64,000 nucleotides of DNA from an uncultured Candidatus Bathyarchaeia archaeon (GTDB taxonomy: Archaea; Thermoproteota; Bathyarchaeia; RBG-16-48-13; CAYPFQ01): positions 3,332 to 67,331 of the forward strand of contig CAYYPV010000076.1 of the NCBI GenBank assembly GCA_964473665.1. The letters are read 5' to 3'. The position numbers and the translations under genes were made by a program. The notes under the pieces are model-generated. The model was not told the origin of the DNA and did no database searches. It worked only from the letters and a program-made list of their open reading frames with translations. Shown here piece after piece: positions 1 through 9,643 of the stretch (the stretch's first letter is position 1; every line of letters starts with the position of its first letter).

Positions 1-5
1 GTAAT

Positions 6-791
6 GTGGTGTATCCCGAACCGCTGTTCCAAAAATACGGTGCAGACGCATTTAGGCTTTGGGGAGCAATGGAAGCTAAAGTCGGCTCTGACTATCGATT
101 CTCAGAAAACAGAGTTGAAGGAGCTTCAAAGTTTATAACAAAACTTTGGAACATAGCTAGATTTGTGTCCTCTTTCCCACAACCGCAAGAAGACTATGAG
201 TTAACTAGTTTAGATAAAATGATTTTGGCTGAATTAAATAAATTAGTAGACGCATGTAGAAAAGGTTACGACTATACGGATGCATTTATTCCATCTACCG
301 CTATGAGAAATTTCACATGGAGCCTGTTCGCTGATCATTATGTAGAAGCCGCTAAATCAAGAGCGTATAACCCTAATTACTTATTTACTGAAAAAGCGCA
401 GCACGGTGCATGGTATACTCTGCACGCATGCCTGCAAACTTTACTGAAGTTGCTGGCGCCACTATGCCCATTTGTGTCAGACTTCATATGGCGTGAATTA
501 TATGGAAAGGAAAGTATACATTTAGAATCCTTCCCAGAGAAAAAAGCGGAATTGGACAGCGAGTTGATAAAAATAACTGAAAAGTTCATTGAATTTAACA
601 CTGCAATCTGGAAGTACAAGAAAGACTCTGGAATAGCGCTAAATGAAAGCTTGGATTTAGTTTATGCGCCTGAAGAATTGAAGCCTCTAAAAATAGATTT
701 AGAAGCAATGCATAAGATTAGAGATTTAAATTTCGGCGTAGCTAAAGCTGAACTGCTAAGAATCGGAAAGGATATTTACGTTGCTAAATGA
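6..791 (+). CDS. Class Ia aminoacyl-tRNA synthetase (Val/Leu/Ile type), C-terminal anticodon-binding portion; 5' end lies outside the window
   Basis: N-terminal 'KYGADAFRLWGA' motif typical of the region after the KMSKS loop of ValRS/LeuRS/IleRS. The ORF is open to the window edge. Confidence 0.55.
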   Translation: MVYPEPLFQKYGADAFRLWGAMEAKVGSDYRFSENRVEGASKFITKLWNIARFVSSFPQPQEDYELTSLDKMILAELNKLVDACRKGYDYTDAFIPSTAMRNFTWSLFADHYVEAAKSRAYNPNYLFTEKAQHGAWYTLHACLQTLLKLLAPLCPFVSDFIWRELYGKESIHLESFPEKKAELDSELIKITEKFIEFNTAIWKYKKDSGIALNESLDLVYAPEELKPLKIDLEAMHKIRDLNFGVAKAELLRIGKDIYVAK

Positions 792-798
792 TCTCAAC

Positions 799-2052
799 CT
801 ACGATTGTTTAAAGCGTAATATCGCTGCAACTCCGCCGAAGCTATTAAGCAGTCCTTGGCCCTCTTCAGTCTCTGTCGAAATTGTTTCAACATTGACCCC
901 TGTCTGCTCTCCTAATTCTGCAAACTCATCGACTAGATCCCTAGTCTCAAATAGTGTAAGCGTAGGTGTTGAGCAGTTAGGGCATGGTTTACCTATTAGG
1001 CTCTGTTTAAGTTCAGAAACTTCCGCAGATTTTACAGTTTTTTCCTCAACGTAATTGCAATTAGAACATTTTATTTTCGCGCGCACAACGTCAAGCCCTT
1101 CAGATATTATCAGAGTCTTTACAACTCCTTTCTGTAAAGCTTCTCTGACCTCATTTTCACCATAGGTTGCTAATCCTGTTTCATGACCCAATTCGTATAG
1201 AAATTGTTGCACTAAGCTTTTCTCTTCAACATAGCGGACATTTTTTAGGATTTCTGGAGCTTTTTCAACAACCTCCTTTACACCCTGCTCTCCTACATAA
1301 GCTGTGTCAACTCTTGATAGGATGACATTTTTTAATTCATAGTGAAGATATTCTCCCTCTTCAAAATCCGACTTTGTCGGCCCTGGTCCACCGATAATTA
1401 ATCCACTTAAACCAGAAATGCCCGTAAATATTTTATTAGCATATTCCCCAGCGCGCTTATAGTATTCGTTTACTTCAACTTCCCTTAAATGTTCAAAGCG
1501 TCTAGCTGATTGCCCTCCTGCTCTATGTTTGCCAGGTAAACCTGAAGTTATTTCTTTAATGATCTCAAGTCTTTGGCCTCTAAGTGTTGCGTATGTTGCT
1601 CCACTGCCATCAATGACCATGATCCCATAAACTTTTTTTTCTTTAACCATTTCTTGCAATGGATCAATGTGAAACTTGTCATCGCACCTGTAGAGGTAAA
1701 CGTTGATGGGTTCCGGTGGAATTATTACATACAACTCCATTTCTTCAGATCCTGGAGCGCCTCTAGGGATTGCACCGCAGAACATTATTAGACCATTTTT
1801 AGGCGGTTCTTTGAATAATTTGAGACGCTGCATAACTTTTGTAATTGCATCCAGTACATGCTTACGTGTAACTGCTGATTTAATGTTTGATGCTGTACTG
1901 TACTCCTGCCTAAGATAGTTCATTACATCGCTAATTTGTCTTCCTGGAGGGATATATAACGAGATTAGTTCAGTCCCACGTCCCTCCTTAGAGGCAAGAG
2001 TCTCCAACGCCTTTTTGAGTCTAAAACGTGCTACAGAACTACGCTCGGACAT
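799..2052 (-). CDS. prf1: Peptide chain release factor aRF1 (eRF1 homologue)
   Basis: 417 aa with a NIKS motif (STASNIKSAVTRK) and a GGQ motif (HRAGGQSARRF). Length is typical of aRF1. Confidence 0.9.
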   Translation of the reverse strand: MSERSSVARFRLKKALETLASKEGRGTELISLYIPPGRQISDVMNYLRQEYSTASNIKSAVTRKHVLDAITKVMQRLKLFKEPPKNGLIMFCGAIPRGAPGSEEMELYVIIPPEPINVYLYRCDDKFHIDPLQEMVKEKKVYGIMVIDGSGATYATLRGQRLEIIKEITSGLPGKHRAGGQSARRFEHLREVEVNEYYKRAGEYANKIFTGISGLSGLIIGGPGPTKSDFEEGEYLHYELKNVILSRVDTAYVGEQGVKEVVEKAPEILKNVRYVEEKSLVQQFLYELGHETGLATYGENEVREALQKGVVKTLIISEGLDVVRAKIKCSNCNYVEEKTVKSAEVSELKQSLIGKPCPNCSTPTLTLFETRDLVDEFAELGEQTGVNVETISTETEEGQGLLNSFGGVAAILRFKQS

Positions 2053-2262
2053 AGCTAATCCCTCTTAATTTACATCGCCGTTATCGCAATCACTTCAGCT
2101 CTTTATAAGATTGATGGTCAGCGTAAATAAGTAAATCTTTCAATTAGAAGCTAAACTGATAGAAAATTGAACATAAACTTCTTCAGGTAACGGGCTAATT
2201 AGGTGCTTCAAATATTATTATAACCTGTCATCTGAAAAACTAACGGTGACGGAGGAGATAGA

Positions 2263-2946
2263 ATGAAAGTTGTTGTCAAGTTTAGTGGATTCTTCTTCCC
2301 ATCAGAGTTAGAAGTTAAAAACATAGAGACTTATGCAAATTTGTTCAAAAAACTCCATCGAGCTGGACATAGAATTTTAATTGTGACTGGAGGTGGAGAG
2401 AATGCCCGCAAATATATCAAAGTTGCTAGGGCGTTAGGCGCAGACGAAGCCTTATGCGACCAGTTAGGCATAGAAGTTACAAGACTGAACGCCCGGCTAC
2501 TTATCTCAAAATTAGGTGAGGAGGCATATCCTGAGCCTCCTAAAAGCATTGATGAACTAAAACATGCTTTGATAACCTGTAAAATCGTCATTATGGGTGG
2601 TTTAACCCCCGGTCACTCTACCGATGCAGTAGCAGCTATCGCAGCTGAGTTAATGGGAGCTAATGTTTTGATTCGTACACTTGATGTTGACGGTGTTTAC
2701 ACTGCGGACCCGAAGATAAATCCTGATGCGAAAAGATTGAGTAAAATCACTCCGATGGAAATGTTGGAATTAGTCATGTCAGGTAAATGTTGGGCGGGAG
2801 GTTACGCTTTACTAGATCCTGTTGCAATAAAAATCATTGAACGCTCACACATACCCACATGGATCCTTAATGGAAAAGACCCGCACAATATAGAAAAAAT
2901 AATTAAAGGGAAGAAAGTAGGCACATTGGTTATGAAGGAGCAATAA
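2263..2946 (+). CDS. pyrH: Uridylate (UMP) kinase
   Basis: 227 aa with 'KFSGFFF' and 'ILIVTGGGENARKY' amino-acid kinase motifs. Size is typical of archaeal PyrH. Confidence 0.85.
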   Translation: MKVVVKFSGFFFPSELEVKNIETYANLFKKLHRAGHRILIVTGGGENARKYIKVARALGADEALCDQLGIEVTRLNARLLISKLGEEAYPEPPKSIDELKHALITCKIVIMGGLTPGHSTDAVAAIAAELMGANVLIRTLDVDGVYTADPKINPDAKRLSKITPMEMLELVMSGKCWAGGYALLDPVAIKIIERSHIPTWILNGKDPHNIEKIIKGKKVGTLVMKEQ

Positions 2947-2949
2947 AAA

Positions 2950-3150
2950 ATGTCAAAAGAAACACGTATTCCCCCCCACAAACACTGTACTGTCTGCGGT
3001 AAGGCCACTTCGGAAAATCAGGAGTTCTGCTCAAATAAATGTAAAGAAGAGTACACAAAAAGGGAACGCAGATACAAAACGACAACCCGCATCACATATC
3101 TTCTGTTCATAGTTCTAATACTCTTTTTTGTAATAATCTATCTCAAATAG
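2950..3150 (+). CDS. Small zinc-ribbon protein with C-terminal transmembrane helix (hypothetical)
   Basis: 66 aa with CTVCG…CSNKC cysteine pairs and a hydrophobic C-terminus (ITYLLFIVLILFFVIIYL). Confidence 0.35.
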   Translation: MSKETRIPPHKHCTVCGKATSENQEFCSNKCKEEYTKRERRYKTTTRITYLLFIVLILFFVIIYLK

Positions 3151-3160
3151 GGGCCGTAAC

Positions 3161-3436
3161 TTGACTAATTTAACCGGCGTGTTCGGAAGTAGAGCACAGA
3201 CAAAGTTAATCCAACATTTGCTTGATAATCGAGGAAGAATTTTTAACCAAGCGGGCTTATCGCGGTTTCTAAATCTATCACCATCAACAGTAGCTAGAGT
3301 AATTGATCCCTTAATCAAGGAGAACATCCTAAAGTACGACCAGATAGGTGGACAAATGAAGATTATTGCATTAAATGAGGAGGAGCCGAAAGTACAGATT
3401 CTTATTGAATTTTATGAAAAATTCAAGAAAGTTTAA
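3161..3436 (+). CDS. Small winged-helix/HTH DNA-binding protein (hypothetical)
   Basis: 91 aa with an HTH-like segment 'NQAGLSRFLNLSPSTVARVI'. Confidence 0.35.
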   Translation: MTNLTGVFGSRAQTKLIQHLLDNRGRIFNQAGLSRFLNLSPSTVARVIDPLIKENILKYDQIGGQMKIIALNEEEPKVQILIEFYEKFKKV

Positions 3437-3520
3437 GTTAACGACGCAGCTCATAATTTTCAGGCGGAACTCAATCAGACTTCGATGCATGAAAAAGACA
3501 GAAGAACCAGATAGAAAAAT

Positions 3521-3624
3521 GCGGGGATGGCAGAGCCCGGTCAAACTAAGAAATGGACCACACGCGCGGGACTCAAGATCCCGTGGGGAAGCCCTTCGAG
3601 GGTTCGAATCCCTCTCCCCGCACC
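3521..3624 (+). tRNA. tRNA-Leu (anticodon CAA) with a ~17-nt intron in the D-loop region (non-canonical position)
   Basis: Acceptor stem GCGGGGA/TCCCCGC. Anticodon arm CGGGA-CTCAAGA-TCCCG. Long variable arm TGGGGAAGCCCTTC. T-arm GAGGG-TTCGAAT-CCCTC. The D-region carries ~17 extra nt (CTAAGAAATGGACCACA) that can form a GGTC/GACC hairpin. Confidence 0.7.
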
Positions 3625-3778
3625 TCCGTTAAGGAGCCCCGTCTCGTCTACGGCGCCGATTTCTTCACAGTTTTTCAAACAATTCGTTATTAAGCAAAAG
3701 ATTTTACAGAATCAAGTTTTTCTCTAAACAAATCGGATAGCCGTTGATATGTCTAAAATCTGCCTTATTACTAAGCGT

Positions 3779-4084
3779 TTATGTGTTAACTAGAATTTGG
3801 TCTCCTTCTATCTTCACTTGGAACATGGGTTCCGGTTTATTTGCAGGCCCTTTTATGACGCGGCCAGTTTTAACATCAAAAATAGAGCTGTGGCATGGGC
3901 ATACAATTTTTTCACCGTCAAGCATTCCGCTTGATAGCTTGCAACCTTTATGTGAGCAACGATTCCCTATAGCATAGTAATTGCCATCCAAATTTGCGAC
4001 AAGCATTTCTCCAAAACCAATCATTTTGCCTGGTTCTAATTCCTTTGTAGACACAACCTTAACAAACCCCATATTCACAATCAC
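3779..4084 (-). CDS. Rieske [2Fe-2S] domain ferredoxin (small, soluble)
   Basis: 101 aa with CSHKGC…CPCHSS, the two Rieske cluster-binding boxes (CXH…CXXH). Confidence 0.75.
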   Translation of the reverse strand: MIVNMGFVKVVSTKELEPGKMIGFGEMLVANLDGNYYAIGNRCSHKGCKLSSGMLDGEKIVCPCHSSIFDVKTGRVIKGPANKPEPMFQVKIEGDQILVNT

Positions 4085-4781
4085 CTTTCATTGTCTAATT
4101 ATTGACTATAACAAAAAAAGTTATCGCTTCACCAGCGAACAAAGAATAAGTCAAACTCTTTCAAGAATCATGATAATAGCATATAACATAATTCCAAAAT
4201 TATTATTAACTCAAGACAGCAGGAATAATTTAATTAGGGGAGATTGTGTTGAGCTCATCACACAGAGTTTTAAAAAAGAATTATGAAACTGAAATGTGGG
4301 TTAATGATAAGGAATTGCCTTTGAACCATTTCGTTCAAGAGACCTTAGCAAATATGATGATAGGTTTTTTAAAAACCCTAAAGGAAACTAATGAGCTTCC
4401 AAAGAACATAGACATAAAAATTAAAAAGCTAACTAAACCTATGGATGTAGATGCGCACACCTATCCATGAAAAATTTTTACAAACTTTAAGAAACAATAA
4501 AAAGTTCATGGGATAGCCAGCACATTGGCTACTGTACCTTATGGGCCATCTTCTTTGTAACCGATTAAAATGACCTGTGAATATGGGGCTTACTGAATCA
4601 AAATTAAGCGTTAACTTTAATACTGTGATTGATTCTTGTAGGTTCTACAATTTGTACAAGAGGGCATACTTAATGGCTGAAGGATGCTTTGGATGCAAGT
4701 TTCTAATTCGTAGTCGCTGTCAGAAAACTGGGAAGGCTTATTGGGAATCTAAACGATGCTCCGAATGGGTTCAAAGATAGT

Positions 4782-5222
4782 TTAGAGATCTATCTTTCCC
4801 GAAACCCAGTGTGAATTTTTCTCAGTATACTCCTTTTTCCAGATAGGCGCTTCACGCTTAAGGCGTTCAACAGCTTCAGCTACTACTGGAAACACATCCT
4901 TGCGGGATTTACCGGCTACCACTACGAAAACTATGTTTTCGCCAACTTTCAGTGTTCCTGTCATGTGGTGGATGAGTACGTCAACGATGCCTGGTTTTTT
5001 CATTAAGTCGCTAGAAATTTTCGCAAGCGATTTTTCTGCTTGCTCTTTGTACGCTTCAAAATATAGTTTATTCACTTTTGTGCCTTTAGAGCGGCCTCTA
5101 ACAATTCCGATAAAACACGAGATCGCTCCCGCTTCTTTAATGCGCGGATTTTTTCGCACTGTTTGTATAATGTCGTCAAGGGATATTTCTCCCCTCTTAT
5201 GTATGCCAACTCGCTTAACCAA
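4782..5222 (-). CDS. moaE: Molybdopterin synthase catalytic subunit MoaE
   Basis: 146 aa with a C-terminal 'REAPIWKKEY' motif and a 'HHMTGTLKVGENIVFVVVAG' segment characteristic of MoaE. Confidence 0.7.
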   Translation of the reverse strand: MVKRVGIHKRGEISLDDIIQTVRKNPRIKEAGAISCFIGIVRGRSKGTKVNKLYFEAYKEQAEKSLAKISSDLMKKPGIVDVLIHHMTGTLKVGENIVFVVVAGKSRKDVFPVVAEAVERLKREAPIWKKEYTEKNSHWVSGKIDL

Positions 5223-5306
5223 TTCTGTTCACCGTAACTCTTTTTTAATAAAAGAGAGAATGCCCTTTTTGAAATAAAAACGTTTCAATTATACGAATTT
5301 AAGCGC

Positions 5307-5843
5307 CTAAGTTTTTTCAATCTTGGCTTTTTTCAGCGGCTTTCTTTTAAGCGCTGTACCGCATACTCCGCACGATTCACCAATATAACCTGAGGGGTAT
5401 TTCCGGTGGCATGCTGGGCAATATAATATCCAGTCAAATTGATATCGGATGCCGAATGTAGCGAGGGATTTGTACTTCAAGCCTATTCTCTCCGCAACAT
5501 TTTGGATAGCGTAATCATCGCTCACTATTACTGGGTCTTTCCCCTCACTCTGTAATTCAAAGGCTAGCGACAATATTTGTATATCAGTATCAGAAAGGGT
5601 TCTAATATCCCCCACACTTGCGGAGAGAAATTTAATTTTTTCAACGGACTTCTCCGATGGTTGTTGAATCTTTAATTTTCCACTCTGCTCTGCGACGCTA
5701 CATCTTAACCATTCGGTTGTTTCTGGAAGCAATTCATTTAGAACAGATGGCACTGAAAATTGGGGATAACTAACAGAAAGAGGATCATAACCCATTATGA
5801 ATGCTGATGCATCTAATATCAATACAAAACCTTTCTCAGCCAT
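5307..5843 (-). CDS. nob1: Nob1-like endonuclease (PIN domain plus C-terminal Zn ribbon)
   Basis: 178 aa with an N-terminal PIN-like 'VLILDASAFI' and a C-terminal 'CPACH…CGVCG' zinc ribbon. This is the architecture of archaeal Nob1. Confidence 0.7.
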   Translation of the reverse strand: MAEKGFVLILDASAFIMGYDPLSVSYPQFSVPSVLNELLPETTEWLRCSVAEQSGKLKIQQPSEKSVEKIKFLSASVGDIRTLSDTDIQILSLAFELQSEGKDPVIVSDDYAIQNVAERIGLKYKSLATFGIRYQFDWILYCPACHRKYPSGYIGESCGVCGTALKRKPLKKAKIEKT

Positions 5844-5852
5844 TAATTATTC

Positions 5853-6686
5853 CTAGCTTACAATGCGAATTTTTTCTAAACGCCGTTTAAAAAAATCATT
5901 TTTAAATCTTACGAAAACTGCTCTATACTTTGATTTCTTTATTGTCAGCAGATCTTTAGTGGCTATATCACCTCTATGAACTCCGTCAATTATTACAGTT
6001 GCCTTAGATTCACGTTTAATTAGCTTAATTTTTAGTGTGCTTGATGAAGGAAACACAACTGAATGAATATGAGTTAAAGGACATATCGGAGTTAGAACAA
6101 ATGCTTCTACATGCGGATTCAAAATTGGGCCGTATGCCGAGAATGAATGGGCCGTTGATCCGATTGGAGTTGAAATTATTATTCCATCGGAACGATACTC
6201 AGGGAAATAAGCGCCATCTTTTTCGATGTTGAAATGCAGCATCTTTAGAGGAGGACAAGCAGTTATCAGCACCTCATTTAACGCGTCAGGCAATTTTACG
6301 TTGTTAACCGTTGTAGAAATTTTTATGCAATCTTCAGTCATGTAGTTTCCGGACAAGCAGTTATCAATGGCCTTGAATACATCTCTTGGCGACACCTCCG
6401 TTAGAAGACCCTTCGTACCCATGTTTACACTTAGAATAGGAGTTTCAGGGTTAGGCAGAGATGCACATGTTCTTAGAACCGTTCCATTTCCACCAACAAC
6501 AATTATTAAGTCCGCGTAAAGTTCAGAGAGATTAAAACTATTTTTAGGCTCTTTTTTAAATGAGGCTAAATCAGATTCCAATAAAACTGCTAATCCTTTT
6601 GATTTTAGGTAATCATCTATTTTACTAGCTAATGTTAATGCACTTAATTTATCGGAGCGCGCTACAATGCCAGCTTTATGAAACAT
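5853..6686 (-). CDS. nadK: NAD(+) kinase
   Basis: 277 aa with the GGDGT-type motif (VVGGNGTVLR) and an NE/D motif. Length is typical. Confidence 0.85.
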   Translation of the reverse strand: MFHKAGIVARSDKLSALTLASKIDDYLKSKGLAVLLESDLASFKKEPKNSFNLSELYADLIIVVGGNGTVLRTCASLPNPETPILSVNMGTKGLLTEVSPRDVFKAIDNCLSGNYMTEDCIKISTTVNNVKLPDALNEVLITACPPLKMLHFNIEKDGAYFPEYRSDGIIISTPIGSTAHSFSAYGPILNPHVEAFVLTPICPLTHIHSVVFPSSSTLKIKLIKRESKATVIIDGVHRGDIATKDLLTIKKSKYRAVFVRFKNDFFKRRLEKIRIVS

Positions 6687-6921
6687 TTCCCGCCACCAAT
6701 AGCTCCTTAATTTTTCTAACCAAACTATCTATAAATCTGATAGGTAAACTTTGGCTAAGAATTTGAGTAATATTAATAAAATCCTATTTTTTACCTCTTC
6801 CGCAGGCATGCATGCTCCGTTAAAACTTTCTCTCTCAAAATTAGCTAAAAACCTTTACCTTAAAAACATATTCAATAGAAGTAAGTAAAATGAAATTACG
6901 GTCTTAAGTGGGGAGAGAAAT

Positions 6922-7320
6922 ATGAGTAAACCAGCTGAGGTAGGTTCGCTTAAAATTGGGCACAATATAATTGTAGATGGAGAACCATGCAGAATTATTG
7001 AGCTTGAAAAATCTAAGCCAGGCAAACATGGTTCAGCAAAAGCAAGAATAATCGCAATAGGCCTTTTTGACGGTTCAAAGAGAAGCATAGTTAGTCCTGT
7101 GGACGCCAAGATTGATGTGCCAGTGATTGAAAAAAGAAGCGGACAGGTTTTATCGATGAGCCCTGACGCAGTCCAGCTGATGGATCTTGAAACATATGAA
7201 ATTTTTTGGGCAAGCATTCCAGCTGAAGAGGAAATAAAATCAAAACTTTCATCAGGCGTAGAAGTTGAATACTGGAGAGCCTTAGAAAGATTTAAGATTG
7301 TACGTGTAAAGGGCGCCTAG
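6922..7320 (+). CDS. eif5a: Translation initiation factor 5A (aIF-5A)
   Basis: 132 aa with the hypusination loop 'SKPGKHGSAKARI'. Confidence 0.9.
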   Translation: MSKPAEVGSLKIGHNIIVDGEPCRIIELEKSKPGKHGSAKARIIAIGLFDGSKRSIVSPVDAKIDVPVIEKRSGQVLSMSPDAVQLMDLETYEIFWASIPAEEEIKSKLSSGVEVEYWRALERFKIVRVKGA

Positions 7321-7380
7321 ACTTAATTTTACCTTAATTTTTTACTCTCTTTCATAGGGTAACGGTTGGAGAGCATTTAG

Positions 7381-8307
7381 TTGAAGAATGTCAAACAGAT
7401 GAGTTTGGAGACTAAGATGAGCGTAGGTCAGCTAATTAATGAGATGAGTAAAACAGGGGTTCTTGGAGCTGGCAGATTAGCGAAGGGTGTCGATGTTCTG
7501 GTCGAGATGTTCGAGGATAAGAATTACACAGTTTTTCTTGGGATATCCGGTCCAGCTGTACCAGGTGGATTAAGGAAGATATTTGGCGACCTTATCGATC
7601 GCGGATATGTGAATGCAGTAGTATCAAATGGAGCAAATATTGTCCATGATATTGTTGAATCACTCGGTTTTAAGCACATAAAGGGAGAATTTTTAGCTGA
7701 TGATGAAAAGCTCAGAGAAAAAAAAATTGGTAGAATAGGTGATATTTACATTCAACAAAAGGCGTTTGAAGCTCTAGAAAAAAAGACCTATGCAGTTCTT
7801 AAGGCCATTCCAGAAAAAGAGCGAATTGGCATATCTATCAGAAAATTGCTCTATGAATTTGGGAAAAGTATCAAAGACAAGGAATCTATTTTATTTAAGG
7901 CTTCGAAGAGAGGAGTGCCTATTTTCTGCCCTGGATTCGTTGATTCAATGCTTGGGCTTAATGTCTGGACATTCAGTCAGCTTAATAAGATAAGCGTTGA
8001 CTCGGTTGCTGATTTAAATGAATTATCTAACATTGTATTTGATTCAAAGAAAACTGGTGCGATAATTCTTGGCGGCGGATTAACTAAACATTACATTCTC
8101 GGCGCTAACATATTACGTGAAGGCGTTGATGCTGCTATCCAAATTACACTCGATAGACCTGAGGGCGGAAGCTTAAGCGGCGCTCCTCTTGAAGAAGCAA
8201 TTTCATGGAGAAAGGCTAAGGAGAAAGGTAAACTTGTTACAATTATTGGCGATATGACTATAATTTTCCCAATCATGATAGCGGCTGCTTTTGAAAGAAT
8301 CAGGTAG
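7381..8307 (+). CDS. dys: Deoxyhypusine synthase
   Basis: 308 aa of DHS-like sequence (GISGPAVPGGLRKI…VSNGANIVHD), immediately downstream of aIF5A. Confidence 0.85.
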   Translation: MKNVKQMSLETKMSVGQLINEMSKTGVLGAGRLAKGVDVLVEMFEDKNYTVFLGISGPAVPGGLRKIFGDLIDRGYVNAVVSNGANIVHDIVESLGFKHIKGEFLADDEKLREKKIGRIGDIYIQQKAFEALEKKTYAVLKAIPEKERIGISIRKLLYEFGKSIKDKESILFKASKRGVPIFCPGFVDSMLGLNVWTFSQLNKISVDSVADLNELSNIVFDSKKTGAIILGGGLTKHYILGANILREGVDAAIQITLDRPEGGSLSGAPLEEAISWRKAKEKGKLVTIIGDMTIIFPIMIAAAFERIR

Positions 8308-8340
8308 GAAAGACGTTATAGTAGTTCCATTTGTGTGATA

Positions 8341-8718
8341 TCAACTTTTTCTCGGAATATGTACTTCTACAATTCCATTTTTGCATCGCATTTTCATTTT
8401 TGCCATATTAACTGGAATAGGGACTGCGATTTGCGCATAAAAGTTTGAAAATTTTCCTCTCCTATGAGTAATTCCAAACTCATCAAAACTTATAATTCGT
8501 TTTGTTTTTGCTTTTATTTCAATTATGTTTTTCTTCAAAGGCTTTATATTAACCGATTTCATATCCGAGCAGGGCAAATCCGCAGTAATTATCACTTCTT
8601 TTGCCGATACGGACACATAAGTAAGAGGTTCTAATGTCGCAGAAGCCACATGCCAATTCAGCCTTTCAATGGATTTAGTTTCGAGCATCCTATACATTTC
8701 TTTACTCATCTCCTCCAT
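8341..8718 (-). CDS. Small heat-shock protein (Hsp20/alpha-crystallin family)
   Basis: 125 aa with a C-terminal beta-sandwich-like pattern ending 'KNGIVEVHIPRK'. Confidence 0.5.
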   Translation of the reverse strand: MEEMSKEMYRMLETKSIERLNWHVASATLEPLTYVSVSAKEVIITADLPCSDMKSVNIKPLKKNIIEIKAKTKRIISFDEFGITHRRGKFSNFYAQIAVPIPVNMAKMKMRCKNGIVEVHIPRKS

Positions 8719-8777
8719 ATTATTTGTCGGTTATTTCTAAAATACGCGTCTTTTTTTATCATAATGGGTCATACTCA

Positions 8778-9524
8778 TTATACGTATAAGGGAGGAACAT
8801 CGTACTCCTGTGTCTTTCTCATCTCTTCCATTTCTACTTCAGTACGCTTCATTACATCTCTAGCTTTCAAGCGAATTTCTTCACCTCTCTTTATCAAATC
8901 AGAGGTATCGATATTCGTGCCCAGTAACTTATTTAACTCAGTTAGCACAGCAGCTGCCGCTTCAGGATCTGGGTAATTATAGAAAGATTGAGCAAGCAGC
9001 GAGATCGAGGGGATTTTTTTCTCAACACAATCTTTCAAAATAAGGGCATAAGCACCCACTAAGTAACCCTCTTCCAAAATCTTGATATTGTGATCTTCTA
9101 ATATTTGTAAAGAAGTTCTATCAGACGCTGCGCCAAATACATCAAGATTTTTTATATTCTGTCTATCCTGCTCCGCGACGCCTCCTATTGAAATAACTAA
9201 TTCAGCTTTCTTCTCATGAGCCCATTTTACAATCGCTTCTGAAATCGGAGCTACTGCTAAACTTGGTAAAGCGATCTCAGAAACTAGAGTCACCAAATTA
9301 CCATGACCAAAGAATCTGACAGGAGCATAAGGCAATCCTTCGTGAAGGACAACCATTGGAGGAAAAAGCTCTGATTCTACTCTAGCTATCTCCTGCATCT
9401 TTAGGTAAGATATAATTTCATAGGCAGCTATAACGCCAACCAAACCAACATCAGGCAGCCCAGTGATGATAATCGGCTGTTTGGGTATTGGCTTTTCCTC
9501 AACTATTTTGACTATGTCAGCCAT
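8778..9524 (-). CDS. PAC2/PbaA-PbaB family proteasome-assembly-chaperone-like protein (paralogue 1 of 4)
   Basis: 248 aa with 'IIITGLPDVGLVGVIAA' near the N-terminus and a 'PDPEAAAAVLTELNKLL' segment. The C-terminal …PPLYV resembles an HbYX tail. Confidence 0.6.
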   Translation of the reverse strand: MADIVKIVEEKPIPKQPIIITGLPDVGLVGVIAAYEIISYLKMQEIARVESELFPPMVVLHEGLPYAPVRFFGHGNLVTLVSEIALPSLAVAPISEAIVKWAHEKKAELVISIGGVAEQDRQNIKNLDVFGAASDRTSLQILEDHNIKILEEGYLVGAYALILKDCVEKKIPSISLLAQSFYNYPDPEAAAAVLTELNKLLGTNIDTSDLIKRGEEIRLKARDVMKRTEVEMEEMRKTQEYDVPPLYV

Positions 9525-9643
9525 AGATGGTCCTCTATATGCTAAATCTTACTAGATTTACGAGTAGATGAAAAAGCTTACGAAAATTATGCATCAATGT
9601 TTAAGAATATGTTTCTTAAGGAGATAACCTAAGGTAACCTACT

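Noticed and set aside
4246-4780. Two small ORFs (74 aa at 4246–4470; Cys-rich 67 aa at 4577–4780) between the Rieske and MoaE genes
   Set aside because: They might be genuine small proteins, and the second has a CxxC-like pattern. There is no recognisable family and no way to support them from sequence alone, so they are not called.
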